Source: the human T2T-CHM13v2.0 reference genome, Homo sapiens. Taken from it: a DNA stretch of 64,000 bases. How positions within the stretch are numbered: the first letter of the stretch is position 1; each line of letters begins with the position of its first letter. The DNA is taken from NCBI RefSeq assembly GCF_009914755.1, contig NC_060928.1; one strand, given 5' to 3'. A program made the position numbers and the translations under genes. The notes under the pieces were generated by a model that was not told the DNA's origin, made no database searches, and saw only the letters and a list, made by a program, of their open reading frames with translations. Positions 26,681 through 40,500 of this stretch are shown piece after piece.

Positions 26681-29600
26681 TCAAGTTTTGAGCAGTTGGC
26701 ATTGTTCTGTGAAATGATAAACTACAAACTAGAGAGCCTGAGCATATTTTGTTGAGGAGCAGAATTCAATTTAGTTCACACTTTAGGACCCAGAGGCCAA
26801 TACTTAATACTTAATTCCTGGTTCATCCTCTCCAAACCACAGGAAAAAAGTGTAGAAAAATTTAGAGCGATAATATGTCAGTGAATCAGAGAGCCCCTGG
26901 GATAGGGAGAGCACTGGTTATGGGCAGGAGTGGAGAATGCAGCCCTGTATCTGAGGGCACTCCAGGAATCTCCAGGCCACAAGACACAAAATTGACCTGG
27001 AGAGCAAGGTTTGTCTTAGTCAACCTGTTTTGTTAGCCAGGAGGACAGAAGGGTTGGGTCTTTTCAATTCATTGCCTCTGGCTCTCAGATGCCCCCATGA
27101 GGTGGTGTTGGGAGGCCAGAAGAGGAAGTTTCTAGAACTTTCTACTCTTTTCCTCTGAGTTTTTTGCCTCTGTATTTAAGTCATAATTACCTGTGTTTGC
27201 CTGTTAGTGACTGGCATTCAGAGTTTCAACACAAAGTATTCTATAAATACGTCAAAATAAAAATATGTAATGAGGCTTGAGATTCCTTACAAGGAAACCA
27301 TATTTTGGGATATGAATAAATAAGGGGAAGTAATTTTTTCTCTCCCCCAGAAGAAGATGACGTGTGCCCCACCCCACCCTTCCCAAGGCAACCATTTCTT
27401 GTTCCGAGATGTGGTTTTACTGTTGTTTGAAAGGTATCCTTCTCCAAAACTCAGTCAGCTTCTTCAGTCTGCTGATATTCTGAGCAATCCCTCTACTTAT
27501 AGATGCATTTGTCCTTTTATAAAATTCAAACAAACATTATATGTAAAATTAAGATACTAATCTCTCAAAGGCCGGGACCTTGTTCTACACAGCTTGGGAC
27601 ATAGAGAACTAACAAATGTATTTTGTGATAAATGGAATTATTCAAGCTGGTTTTTCTGTGTAACAACTTTAAGTTCAGTTCATCGGTTCATATTTCTTTT
27701 TCCAGAGGACTGCATGAGATTTGCCTGTGCTGGAAAATAGGAATTAATGAAGGAATAGAAATGGAATGGATTGAATTTGGAAGCCAGGTATTTCAGATTG
27801 ATGACAGGGTTCTTTGAATGGTCAGAACACAACATGAAGGGAGGAATAGGGAGGTGGGAGATATGTGCTTAATCTTTACAACGGGAGATGAGAAAAGCTG
27901 GAGAGTGACTGGGGCAAGGAGTCAGGAAGATGGATACTTTTCTTTGTGATTTTACAATACTACCACGCCAGCTGTGCTTTTCTTTATGGCTCTATAGAGC
28001 TTTCCTACTGGGCCTATGTGGAGTTAGTTTTTGTTGCTTATGTCACCTTATACCTGATACTTCTTCAAACCTGATCCCAAGGTTAAAGCATTCTGACGGA
28101 AATATTCCCAACAGTGCCTTTAATATAAATTCACAACAGGCACTTTAATCGCACCAAGGAGATGTAACACTGTAAATTGATCATTCCTTATTAATCATGC
28201 TTTGTGGCTATTGCTGTTGTTATTGTCAACCTTATCACTAGCCCTGCTTTTCTCTCAAATCTAAGGCTTATTACAAAAGATATTGTTAGCGGGAAGACCA
28301 CTCCTTAGTTTGCTATAAGCAAGCAAGTCAAATTTGTAGTTCCTATTTGAATTTCCAGAGCCCCTCTCCCATTTCATGCCGCCGCGTGTACTGCATTAAA
28401 CCTTGAGGAACATCACTGGAGCCCTCATATACTTGGGATTTTATCTGCATTAGGTTAATTTTGACATGATGCTATGCATATAGTCAAAGACAAATTCACG
28501 ATTCTGAATTTTACAAGCTGGTAAGGGAGCAGAAAGATAACTGCTGACAATGTCATTGCATAGTTGAGCATGAGATAGTCATATGGAAGAAACACATGTA
28601 GAGATTCAGAAATAGATTCTAACCACATCTCCTTTTTCCTTTGATCCTTTATATTTATCTTGTAAGATGAAAAAAAATTACCTAAAAATAGAAGGAAATA
28701 ATTCTACTTTATTTTTTCTATTGGTCTGCAGAAATTTTAAAGATGCTATTGAAACACTGAAGATGTGTTTTAAAGACTTTAAATAATCTAAAGAATTATT
28801 TATATTTTGCATTAACAGTCAAGTATGGAAATAAATGAAATTGTAAATCTACATGCCTTCTGAATTCAAGAGACATGGTATTTCTGAGCTTACAAGCAAA
28901 TGAAAAATTACTTACTTTACACACAAAAAGGTGTCATAGTCTGACTAAAAAGCTATATCAGGAATCTAAGTTCTACAAATCCAAGCTGCACCTGACAAAA
29001 AAGCAGAGTCAGCTGAAGTCTCGTCTTTTTTTATCAGGCTGCAACAAATAATTAAGAGTGCAGTTCATAGTTTTAAAATTAGAATGCCTTGGAGTTTGCT
29101 ACTTGGCTCTCAGCCTTGTGTTGAGGCTTCCTTCACTAACCAGAGTATGTCTTAATGCTATTGACCTCCATTCTCTGCTGCCAGACAGGGGCACTCTCAG
29201 ACACAAGGGTGCACACCATTCTGCTATGTAAGTTTGAATGGAAAATAATTCATTGCCATTACTTTTGAGGATACAAATGTTAACTCTTTGGTAGAGGGTG
29301 TCTGTGTGTAAAGGTAGGAGAAGCTCTTTTTATACTTATTTCTTAAAGGGCATGGTCAAAGCAGGGTTCACATGTAAACTGCCTGCTCAATCTCGGTCCA
29401 TTGTAGGCACAATATAATAGATGTAAGTGCTTCAGGCACAGAAAACTTCAGCATTTTTTTTTCTCTGCCTAGTGTCTACAACACTGTCTGACAAAAGTAG
29501 ATACTTCAAAAGATTTGTTTGATGGGTGAATTAAATCTTAAAGGAATAAAGAAATGTACATATAAACTCAATTGTATTATTAATTCATTTTTAAGTTGTA

Positions 29601-31331
29601 GCCTATACCTGAGGGGTTTTTTAAATGTAAAATACTCAAATTGTCACTCACAATGACACTTGTCACTCACAATGACAAGATTTAACTTTGATACCCCAAG
29701 AAATAACTAGTGGTCCCTTGGGGACCTGCACTGTGTATAGGCTTTACTGAAGATGGGGGAGATCAGTGCCCCTGGATGGGAGGGCTCCATGAAGTTACTC
29801 AGAAAGGCTGAGTGGCAGAAGAGAGTAGAGAGTTTGTGTTTCCACTTTTCCATCAGCAAGGGAACTACTACTTCTAAACATTTCTCACATTGGACTTTCA
29901 CATAAGATTTCATTTAAAGAAGTGTTGCTCCTTCTAATGTTGTTTTGGATGTCATAGGTATGCTAGTTACACTGATTCTAAAATTTTCTAAAATAGGACT
30001 GAAGAATGGGAAATTCAAGGGAAATACAATGTGGTCTCAAAAGGAAAACAAAGCTGTGAATGCGGAGTATAGAAATAACACAACAGCAGGGAACTCGCAC
30101 AGTAAAGAGGAGCAGCTCTGCACTGTTGGATTGTATTGGTGTTTCAAAGTGTGGCACTCCCACTGCTAATGAAAGTTCTAGAAATGGCTGAATTTATTCT
30201 GTGTCACTGTGTTTCAATTCAGGCCCTCATGACACATGAGCAGTTCAATCACCAACATTAAGCAGAGCCTCTGCCATGGAAGTTGGCAGTCTGAAATGAA
30301 CATGTTGTGATCCAAGACATAAACATATGATGTACCAGGTCTAGCCAGCAAAAGTAGAGAAGAAATAGAAAATCAGGACTTAAGGACCTAGAGCTGAAAG
30401 CAGATTGTTTGTAAGCTGAACCTCTAATCTCTCTGGTCTTCTTCTCCCTTTAGCACTTAGATGGCCTCCTAGGCTGAAGTTCTTAATCTCTCTTCACAGA
30501 CGTACTTTCTTGAAGTAAAAAGTAATTTAAAATTTATAACCAGAAAAGATAAGGACCCATCTTTACACAGACTAGGGCCCTGCAGAGTGTTCAAATATTG
30601 GTGGTTTAGCACAATCCAGTTTGGGAAAGTATACATTATCAGAAAGGAGCAGGACTTTGGTGAACAAAGCCATAGGACTGAGAAGGGAAGAAAGAGAGCT
30701 GAGATTAGAATATACCAGCCAGAATCACAGGAATTGAAACATTTTTAATTACATAAGTTACAAAGGATTATGTTCCCATTATAAATTTTCCAAACATTGA
30801 AAAAGTATCCATAGGAAAACATTTTCATTATAAGGGTAGTCTCTGCTGTTATGGGGTAAGAATGAAATATTCTACACTCAGGGACACATAGCTCACTTTT
30901 TGCTGTGATGTTTCTATCTTCCCTAGGAATGCTCACCATCCGTGACCTCTTTGTGCCTCTTGGACCCCAACATCCATAACTACTTGATTGTCAGGGAGGC
31001 AGATGTTGCTGCAGTGAGATCTTTAGTGAATCCAAGGGAAGGTGGAGAGCACTGTGGTTAGAAACCCAGCAGAGCCTAGGACAGTTCATCTATTCATCAC
31101 TTTGTCAATTGCCCCAGGACTCCCCCTGACCACTTCCTTCTTCCCAGCAGGCCTACCCAGTTTGTCAGCTGCAAATATTTCATGGATTTTCTACTCCATT
31201 TGTCTGCTCCCATCTGCTTTCTATCCTTTAGGAATTTCTCAAAAAAAAAAAAGCGGCCCATTGATGGTAACAGTTCTTACTTTCTGGCCCCATTCTCGAT
31301 ATATTTCTTAAAAACATTCTCTGCCATTTCT

Positions 31332-31553
31332 TTTTTTCTTTTTTATTTTTTAATTTTATTTTAAGTTCTGGGATACATGTGCAAAACGTGCAGGTTTGTT
31401 ATATACCTATGCATGTGCCATGGTGGTTTGCTGCACCCATCACCCCGTCATCTAGGTTTTAAGCCCCACATGTATTAGGTATTTGTCCTAATGATCTCCC
31501 TCTGCTTGGCCCCATCCCCCGACAGGCCCTGGTGTGTGATGTTCCCCTCCCTG
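31332..31553 (-). mobile_element. 5'-truncated L1PA8-like 3' end
   Basis: ttaagttctgggatacatgtgc...tctaggttttaagccccaca...gttcccctccctg; perfect 15-bp TSD ttctctgccatttct (31317-31331 / 31554-31568). Confidence 0.95.
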
Positions 31554-33479
31554 TTCTCTGCCATTTCTAAGGAATTAAGATAAAGGAAGAGATGACATAC
31601 ATATTAGGCCTGCAGTCTTCATTCAATCTCCCTCCATTCTTTCTTTCAAATACAGCCATCTCATCTTTACTAATAAACTAAAAGATGATCAAAGGTCATG
31701 GAGTTCGGGTATCCAGATAAATAATGTCACCACATTTAACCACAGGTGTGCCATCTTCACTGAAATGGAAGCCACAAATTTAAATAGGTGAGATTTGCGA
31801 CTCTTTGGGTTTATAGAAGACAGAGACTATGCATGCCCAATTTAATATTAGCTTAAAAAGGTATCTTAATTCCTATGTTATACATAAATATGTTTTTGAA
31901 GAAAAAAGAAAATCTCACCCAACTTCAACTAGCACTCTGTTTGGACTGAGATATCTCTAGGCCACGTGTAAAACTGATATTAATGCTAACATGAGCTGCC
32001 TTCAGGGTCCTAGCCTAATCTTCCTTATGAGATTTCCCACACTGTTCAAATTATTCCATGTACTAGAAAAGAAGGCACAAAAGCAATTAAAATAGGACAA
32101 ACTGGTCAAAATTATGAGTGTGATAGTGTCTGATGCATTAGTGTATATGAGATTTTTTAAAAAACTAAATCTGAACAACTCTACAAGAAGGTTTCACTTA
32201 AATCACTGGAGGGAAGAGAAATCTTGTTGTCAAGCAGACATCAAGTAGACACTGGAAAACTGTTAAAAATAATAGCAATGAAGAACATAAACATATTGAA
32301 ATTATGCATTTGTCTTAGTGTTGCTACTTTGGAAGGATGTGTGTATGTTCTAATATACAGAGACAGAAAACACGTTGAAACCAGTACTGTTTAAAACTTT
32401 TCCCTAGTAATTTTTATTTTAAGACATCTATAGGGTTGATTTCCAACTCTGATTTCCCAGTATATTATAGCAGTAGCTGCTTCTTTTATTTTTTCTTGAA
32501 ATTAAAAAAAGCTTGTAGCACACAAAGTATTTCAGAAACGTCTTAAAAAGAAAAGAATTATCCTTGCTGAATGTAACAATGTTACAATATTGGATCTCTG
32601 CACAGATTGAAATACTTTTTATAAATATAGGAGGAATTTTACATTGAAATACTATTCATATCCATTTTGTTCTCAATTGTTTTATGTCAGCTGTTTAGAT
32701 TATAAAATGTGTTTCCCTCATTGAGGGAATATTATCAGTAATTGCCTAATTAACCCACAATACGATTGATGTAATATATGTTGCTGGTGTGGGTCTTTAG
32801 AAATTAGAATGACAGTGTTCTGAGCCTGTATCGCTTTGGAATATAAGTCTCTTTCCAGTGTTAGATTTACCTAAGAGTCAGGACAAATGTGTGCTTAGAG
32901 CACTTACAAAATGGAGCCATGAAAACAACAGGAAATTATTTGCTATTTGCTATTTCAAAAAGAAACACTGATGGAAGTCAAAATGGAAAAGAAAAAAAAG
33001 TGCTATGTATTTCCTTGCATTACTATAGCTTAACATTAAAAATTGTTTTTAATTTGAATAACCAACATTCCTGCCTATCTCATCATGTTCTTTAGGCAAT
33101 AATCTCTTCAGTGTTTTGGATCTCTAAATGTGATCATCCGATCCTGCCTCACAGAGGCGTGAGCTCAGTTCTTTCTACCCCAAGCAGGCAAGAGACGGGA
33201 ACATGATCAGAAGAGAAAATATTTTATTGGCTGAGCAAGGTAATTCCTCCAGTAAGCAATGAGATCGAAGTTCTAAAAAGAAACTGGGAATTCTTTTTAC
33301 CTTTCAAGGGAAGGGTGCTGCTTCAGCAGACAGGAGAAAGGACTACAAGAGAAGAAGACTGAGAAGCAGGAATCTCTGGTGATATGAATCTGGAAAAAGA
33401 AGTTCTCAGAACTCAAAAGTGATCTGTTATAAAATGAGATGTGTAGATTGTTGACAGAAAGACAGTTTTACATAAAAAT

Positions 33480-33655
33480 TAAAAGCATAGACTCACCAAC
33501 TAAATTGCCTAAATACAAATTGTAGCTCTGCAATGCATTAGTTGTGAGAACAAATTATTTAGGCTTTTTCAGCTTCACCTTCTTCATCTGTGAAATGAGA
33601 TATTAATTATGCCCACCTTATGAAGTTTTAGGAAAGATTAAGTGAGTAAATAACT
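33480..33655 (+). mobile_element. MIR
   Basis: aaagcatagactc...tagctctgcaatg...cttcatctgtgaaatgaga...aagattaagtgag. Confidence 0.75.
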
Positions 33656-33674
33656 ATAGTAAAAACTTTATCGT

Positions 33675-33960
33675 GTCCCAGCAATTTTGGAGTCCGAGGC
33701 TGGTGGATCACTCAAACCCAGTAGTTTGAGACTAGCCTGGGCAACATAGCGAAACCTTGTCTCTATGAAAAATACAAAAATTAGCAGGGTGTGGTGGGTC
33801 ATGCCTATAGTCCCAGCTATTCGGGAGGCTCAAGGATTTCTTGAGCCAGGAAGGTCAAGCCTATGGTGAACCATGATTGTGCCACTGCACTCATGCACAG
33901 TGACAGAGGGAGACCCTGTCTCCCCCCCAGAAAATAATAACAATAGAAACCAGCAACAAC
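33675..33960 (+). mobile_element. AluJ, slightly 5'-truncated
   Basis: Diverged Alu with gcctgggcaacatagcgaaacc and ttgagccaggaaggtcaag; degenerate TSD aaaactttatcgtg/aaaagtttattgtg. Confidence 0.9.
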
Positions 33961-33970
33961 AAAAGTTTAT

Positions 33971-34400
33971 TGTGGTTTAAAATATATCCACAAAATCTTC
34001 AGACATGAAAAAAGTGGAATGAACGTAAATTCACTTCCCATGAGTGTGGGTTAGATTTTAACTCACTTCTAACAAATAGAGCAAAGCAAAAGTGGTGAGT
34101 GTGACTTTGGAGATTAGGTCACCAAAGGCATGTAGCTTCCTTTTGTTTCTCTACCTAGGATCACTCACTCTGGAGAAAGCCACCTATGCTGCACAGAGGA
34201 TTCAACCAGCCTTACCGAGAAGCCCACCCAACAAGGAAACGATGCATTCTGCCAACAACCAGTAAGAAACCAACGTCTTTGGTCAACGTGACTGAGCCCT
34301 CTTGGTAGGGGATCCTTCATCTCTAGTCAAGCCTTCACATGACAGCCATGCTGGACTTTATTTTATCTGCCACCTCATGAGATACTATAAGTAAAAGCCC
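33971..34400 (+). mobile_element. MLT1F-like MaLR LTR (3'-truncated)
   Basis: tgtggtttaaaatatatccacaaa...ggatcactcactctggagaaagcc...agtcaagccttcacatgac...cctcatgaga. Confidence 0.85.
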
Positions 34401-34551
34401 ACTCATGAATGTCTCACTTGAACTTTTCATATGCAGATGAAAAACTAAGGACTCCAGAAGGAAGACTGTCCACACTTTACATGATATATAATGTACTTCT
34501 TTCCTTTCTGTCTACTCCCATTGAATTATACACTTTCTTTCATATCTTCAA

Positions 34552-34556
34552 TGCGG

Positions 34557-34607
<51 letters not shown>

Positions 34608-35141
34608 AAGACCAATCAAATGGGGAAAGCAAAGGGTATTAATTCATATTTTGTTGTGGCAAGGGAGTCATTCACCTTCACTTTCATTTTGCCCAAAACT
34701 CAAATGAAGGCATAGAAGTGATAAACATTCACACTGGAAAAAGGAAAGGATTTATTTATGCCCTGATTGGTGGTTGTTGACATGGGAAGGCTGTAGGTGA
34801 ACTAACTAGAGGTGAGACACCTTATGTAATCAGTGAGGAGTGTGTATCTAACTTTCTCTGGTTCTTCTCAAGTTGGAAGCAGAAACAAAAATTAAGGAAA
34901 CTTTCAATTATTAATCATGCTCTAGCTATGTTGAGATGATTGTTATAGACATTATTGTTTAATCTGTTGTCACTACAAGTAGCAATCTGGCTTCCTGCAA
35001 GTCTGATTTGTAGTAGGCTGGCTTTCTGGGTGGTTTTCATAGTAAGGGGTTGGTTTCCTGGGTGGATTTCTGGAGGTTGTGAGTCAAACCTCTGTTTTTA
35101 TATATTATCTGGCCATTGTCATTTGTATATTCAATTTCTCA
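34552..35141 (-). mobile_element. ERV1-class solo LTR (tentatively MER67-like)
   Basis: TG...CA termini with a perfect 4-bp TSD tcaa (34548-51 / 35142-45); CCAAT on the minus strand; family name recalled, not verified. Confidence 0.8.
34559..34602 (+). repeat. (AC)22 microsatellite
   Basis: Direct reading. Confidence 0.98.
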
Positions 35142-36699
35142 TCAACTATACGCTATTTTTTACACTAATGTACTGATTGTAATGCCTGCTTATTTGTTCC
35201 AAGTTTCTAGCACTATTCAATTCCATTTCCATATCAAAGTGTTGGTAGCATTTCTATAAACATCTGGTTTATGAAGTACTGAAATCAACTTTTCTGGACG
35301 TGAATAATAAAATAATCAAGAGGATTATATCTTGGCAGAAAGATACTTTCTTCTGTAACAACAGACCTAAGCACAGAAAAAACAAAACAATAAACAAAAA
35401 CACAGTTTAAAAGTCAACACATTTCCAGTAAAAACAGGGAATGGGAGTGGAAAAAAATTTATCAAACTGATGAATGAACCAACATAATCAAATTTTTCTG
35501 GCTTCTACTAGATTGTTTCATATGTGGTATTTGATGCTATTTCTAACAGTATCTTTTGTACAAGTATATAAATGATCATAGAGAACGTATTTTCAATATA
35601 GCCTTTTATTTTTCACATTGCAATTATTGTTTGCTATTGTTTGACTGGCAACATTGAGTCAATAATCATTCGATTAGTATAAATTGTTTTGTGCTGGAGC
35701 AAGAAGAAAGAATGATTAGCATTATTGAATGTGAAAGGCAGAAAATAGTTCCAGTTATATTTCACCAGTTCTTAAATTCCATTGTTCTTGCAATGACCCT
35801 ATGAAGTCATCAGGTTGTTTACTCCCTATTGGGAATATGTAAGCTGAGTTGTAATGAACCTAAACAGTACAGCCTTGACGGAGATCCAAAAATCCAACTG
35901 CTTCCTGTGATGTAGGCAGTTAATAAAAGCACATAGGCAGTATAAATTTATTCATTAATTCAATACATATTTATTTAAATACATTTATTCATTTATTAAA
36001 TACATATTTATTGAAACATAATGCCAGGAGTTGTTCTAGGTACTGAAATAAATTTTGTACCAATTATCTTGCCATTTATATACCCCTTGATCTATATTTA
36101 GTGTTTATACATTTGATAGAGGCATGATTATTGATAAATATTTTCTTTATATTTTACAACAAGACTGATGATAAATGATTATTGGCTCCATGCTGCTTTC
36201 AGGAATTTAATAGAAGGTGGTAAGGATTTTAGTCCACTGTATTTTCTAATGGCAACAGCCACTTGTTTACATGCAGAAAGACCAAAGGGCTGTCACACCA
36301 TCTTGTATTATTTTCATGTTTTTTATAAGACAGAACTACAGATTTATTTTTCATAGGAACCCACAAAATTTTCTTTATATTGTCTATTAAAAAAAATAGT
36401 GCAGATGAAATGACACATGCCAATCTATTTTATTTCCGAACAGTTCGGAACATTTGATTTCAATAGAATTAACTCAATTATCCTTAAGAATTTAAATATT
36501 AATGCAGATCACAAGCTATTTAATTAGTCTAAGGCTATTAGTAAGCATTGCCAGTGATGATAACTATAATAGATGAATGAAAACATAATCTTGGATATAT
36601 AGACATGGCCATAAATGCTTTGGTCTGTTTATTTCCTAACTCTCTGGGATCTAATTCCTTCAATTAAATGTTTTCCAACATTTTGTTTGTAATCATTTG

Positions 36700-37680
36700 C
36701 ACATTTTTAAATCATATGATCTACTTTCCATACTTCTATAAGCTACTCTATACATCGCCTCTCAAGGCATCCTAAAGCAGAAGATATTCTACTTATTAAA
36801 GCTTTCATTGCCCTCCATTTACACAGCGAACAAAATGCAAAGTTGTCCAAAGTGTTTAATCATCCAAGCCAAATCAGATTTTCCTAACTTTTCTTGTGTT
36901 AAACTCTCTTCCACTTGTGCAACCTCTTCAATTGTCTGTAACTGATCAAGTAAGCATGTCCTGTGCTTTATCACTCTATCTTTGCTTGAACAAATCTTTC
37001 CCCTCCAAGGCACTCTTCTAAGGTGTCTGCCAACACTGAATCTGTTCTCACAGGTCACTTTCAGTTTTATAATTACACAATTTTTTTCTATGTTCTCTAG
37101 TTTAAGTAAAACCTGTCTACTCCTATTTTCTGTGTGCAAGCTGTTAAGAAAATTAGTCTCATATTTAAGTCCTTTGAGAACAATATTTCTCTCTAGATAT
37201 GGTTCAAGTTCCTGGTCACCTCTATGTGTGGGTTGTTGTATAAATAATAACTAGCACCGCTCTGTCTCCATAATAGGCATTCAGTTTCTGGTTGTTAAAT
37301 TGAATTTTAATTAATTAAGTCCCAGATGTTGAAATGAATGCTCTTTTATTAAGGCACATCATTTTGAAAAAGGATTTGTGACATGAACATTGAGAGAAAA
37401 ATCTAGGCTGGGAGAAATAGTAGAGAAAATGGTTGTAATTGTCCATGAAATAGCACATTTATTGCTTCCTCTTCTATGTTGTCACAATTAATTTTATAGT
37501 ACCCTTTTAAAACTTATCTCAATATAATTATGTAGTTATATATCTGTATCATCACTAGACCACAAATTCAATAATAATGAATTATGTTTTATTTGATTTT
37601 GCATTTAAATGTCTTGCACAGTGCTTGACCCATTGTTTACACTGTAAATGCTTATTATATGCTGAATGAATAAATGTACA
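36700..37680 (+). mobile_element. L2 remnants (two 3' ends)
   Basis: tagcaccgctctgtctccataataggcattcag and gcacagtgcttgacc...gctgaatgaataaatg are L2 3'-terminal motifs. Confidence 0.6.
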
Positions 37681-38179
37681 AACAAAAGACTCAAATCTGG
37701 AGATGCTTGCATCTCTCAAAGGAAATCTAGGAATATTGTATTGCTGTTTAAATCTGTGGCTTGAAAATGTATAATTGTTTTATTCTCATTATTCTTTTGA
37801 TATTGAAAAAATGGAATAATAACCAGAGTAATTATCTACATTTTCCTGAATTTTGTCTTCACTTACTAAGAGACCTCTAAATTTTTGTTCCATAAATTAC
37901 TTTTCTTCCAATTATTCCAGGACTCAGAGAATTCCCTTTTTCAAATGAGCAAATCTTTCAGCGAACATGTGAATGTTATATTGTTTTTTTTGTTTTGTTT
38001 TGTTTTTTTTTTACCAACAGTCACATTGCTCTTTAGCTAAGTGTGCTGCTGACATCTCTGATGTCTGCAAAGCTGAGTGAAGGTGCCTTATCCATTTGTC
38101 TGCCCGTAGTTTAGTCCATAACAGACCTGCCAGGAAAATCGATCCTAGGGAAAAAAACATTGATGGACAGAGAATTTTC

Positions 38180-38583
38180 TTTTTAAATTTTTTTTCAATG
38201 ATTGTGGGTACATAATAGTTGTATATGTTAATGTGGTACATGGGATGTTTGGAAACAGGCATACAATGTGTAATAATCAAATCAGGGTAATTGGAGTATC
38301 CATCATCTCAAGTATAACTATTTGAAAATATTTAGCAAATTATTGTTAACTATAGTCACTCTATATTGTGCTGCCAAATACCAGATCTTATTCATTCTAT
38401 CTGTAATTTTGTATCCATTAGCCATTTCTATGTTAGCCTCCACTCCCCGCTACCCTTCCCAGCCTCTAGTAACCATCAATCTACTCTCTATCTCCATGAA
38501 TTCAATTATGTTAGCTCCCATATATGAGTGAGAACATGTGATATTTGTCTTCCTATGCCTGGCTTATTTTACTTAACATAATG
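38180..38583 (-). mobile_element. L1MA2/3-like 3' end
   Basis: tgtgggtacataatag...acaggcatacaatgtgtaataatca...gctcccatatatgagtgagaacatg...ctggcttatttt. Confidence 0.9.
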
Positions 38584-38678
38584 GAAATTTTCTTAGGTCA
38601 AGTCAAGGGAATAGACCTCCTCTTTTGGAACAATGAAACATCTCAGAAGCTCATTTAACCCAATGTGGGTAGACTTTT

Positions 38679-38983
<305 letters not shown>

Positions 38984-39068
38984 GTGGGTAGACTTTTAAT
39001 GGACAAGTTTCTTACATTCTCTGGACTTCAATAATTACAGTGATAGACACATTTATTGTTCAATCCGG

Positions 39069-39093
39069 AACACACACACACACACACACACAC
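39069..39093 (+). repeat. (AC)n microsatellite
   Basis: Direct reading. Confidence 0.95.
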
Positions 39094-39148
39094 CACACTC
39101 ATATAGACCAAACTTGTGATTTTAACTACTAAGAAATTAGATTAGACC

Positions 39149-39481
39149 GATGAGTTCATGTCCTTTGTAGGGACATGGATGAAGCTGGAAACCATCATCC
39201 TCAGAAAACTATCGCAAGGACAAAAAACCAAACGCCGCATGTTCTCACTCACAGGTGGGAACTGAACAATGAGAACACATGGACACAGGAAGGGGAACAT
39301 CACACACCGGGGCCTGTTGTGGGGTGGGGGGAGGGGGGAGGGATAGCATTTGGAGATATACCTAATGTTAAATGACAAGTTACTGGGTTTAGCACACCAA
39401 CATGGCACATGTATGCATATGTAACTAACCTGCACGTTGTCCACATGTACCCTAAAACTTAAAGTATAATTAAAAAAAGAA
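39149..39481 (+). mobile_element. 5'-truncated L1PA3/4-like 3' end
   Basis: gatgagttcatgtcctttgtagggacatgg...cctaaaacttaaagtataat; G-rich 3'UTR tract at 39321-39342; 17-bp TSD aagaaa(t/g)tagattagac. Confidence 0.96.
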
Positions 39482-39538
39482 AAGAAAGTAGATTAGACAA
39501 CCTCTAATGTTGTCTCAACTGAGAGACTATATTACACA

Positions 39539-39646
39539 CTCATTCAAGCATTCATTCATTCATTCAATAAATACTATAAATTCATTCAAATAATACTATA
39601 CTATAGAAATTTATTCAATAAATACATTCATTCATTCATTCATTCC
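39539..39646 (-). repeat. (TTCA)n complex repeat, probably from an L2 3' tail
   Basis: Repeated cattcattcattcaataaata motifs. Confidence 0.75.
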
Positions 39647-40202
39647 ATAAAGAAGATGTTAGGTAAGTATGAAGGCTAAGTCCAAAAATACAACAAACAC
39701 AAAAAAAGTTGGAGAAGTGAGTCACCACTTTAGTTTATATCCTCACTTTGCAGCATATCATTTAATATTTTCACAATTTATTTAACCGTTTTGACTTATA
39801 GTAACCTTACAAGAAGTATAGTAATGGTAGTAGTAACCTTGTAAGAAGAAAAGCCAGTAAATAAAAATAAAAAAAATTGGCCTATGGGGTAGGATAAAAA
39901 TCAAGAGTCATGGGTTATGGGAGCAAAGGGAGAAGAGAATTTATGTACTTCTCAGATGTTAGAGAATAAAAAAAGCATGTTGAGTAGGATAAAAGTCACA
40001 TCAAAGAGAAACTGGGAGCAAAGAAATCAATCAACACCATTATTTATTTAACCAAACTCATGGATTTAGTTTATGTGATATTTATTTACCTTTTTTGCTC
40101 TAGGTGCTGCAGTAGGTATTGGCAATATAAGGATTAATGTAAAATAGTTTCTATTTGACTAATGTAAAATAGTTTCCAGCTTAAAGAAACTACTTGAACT
40201 TT

Positions 40203-40500
40203 CTTTTTTAACTCTTATTTTAGGTTCAGGGAAACGTGCAGTTTTTCAATACAGGTAAATGTGTCACAGGGGTTTTGTGTATAGATTATTTCATCACCCA
40301 GGTACTAAACTTAGTACCCAATAGTTATTTTTTCTGATTGTCTCCCTCCTCCCACCCTCCACCCTCAAGGAGGCCCCAGTGTTTGTTATTCCCTTTATTT
40401 CTCATTACTGAGCTCCCACTTATAAGTGAGAACATGCAGTATTTGGTTTTCTGTTCTTGCCTTAGTTTGCTAAGGATAGTGGCTTCCAGCTCCATCTATG
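40203..40500 (-). mobile_element. 5'-truncated L1PA13-15-like 3' end
   Basis: ttttaggttcaggg...gattatttcatcacccaggtactaa...gctcccacttataagtgagaacatgc; TSD aagaaactac(tt/ag)gaacttt. Confidence 0.93.

Noticed and set aside
39321-39342. G-quadruplex-forming tract
   Set aside because: Standard feature of the L1PA 3'UTR
40135-40176. 17-bp direct repeat taatgtaaaatagtttc with an 8-bp spacer
   Set aside because: Two copies only; a simple local duplication, not an array or the TSD of an element
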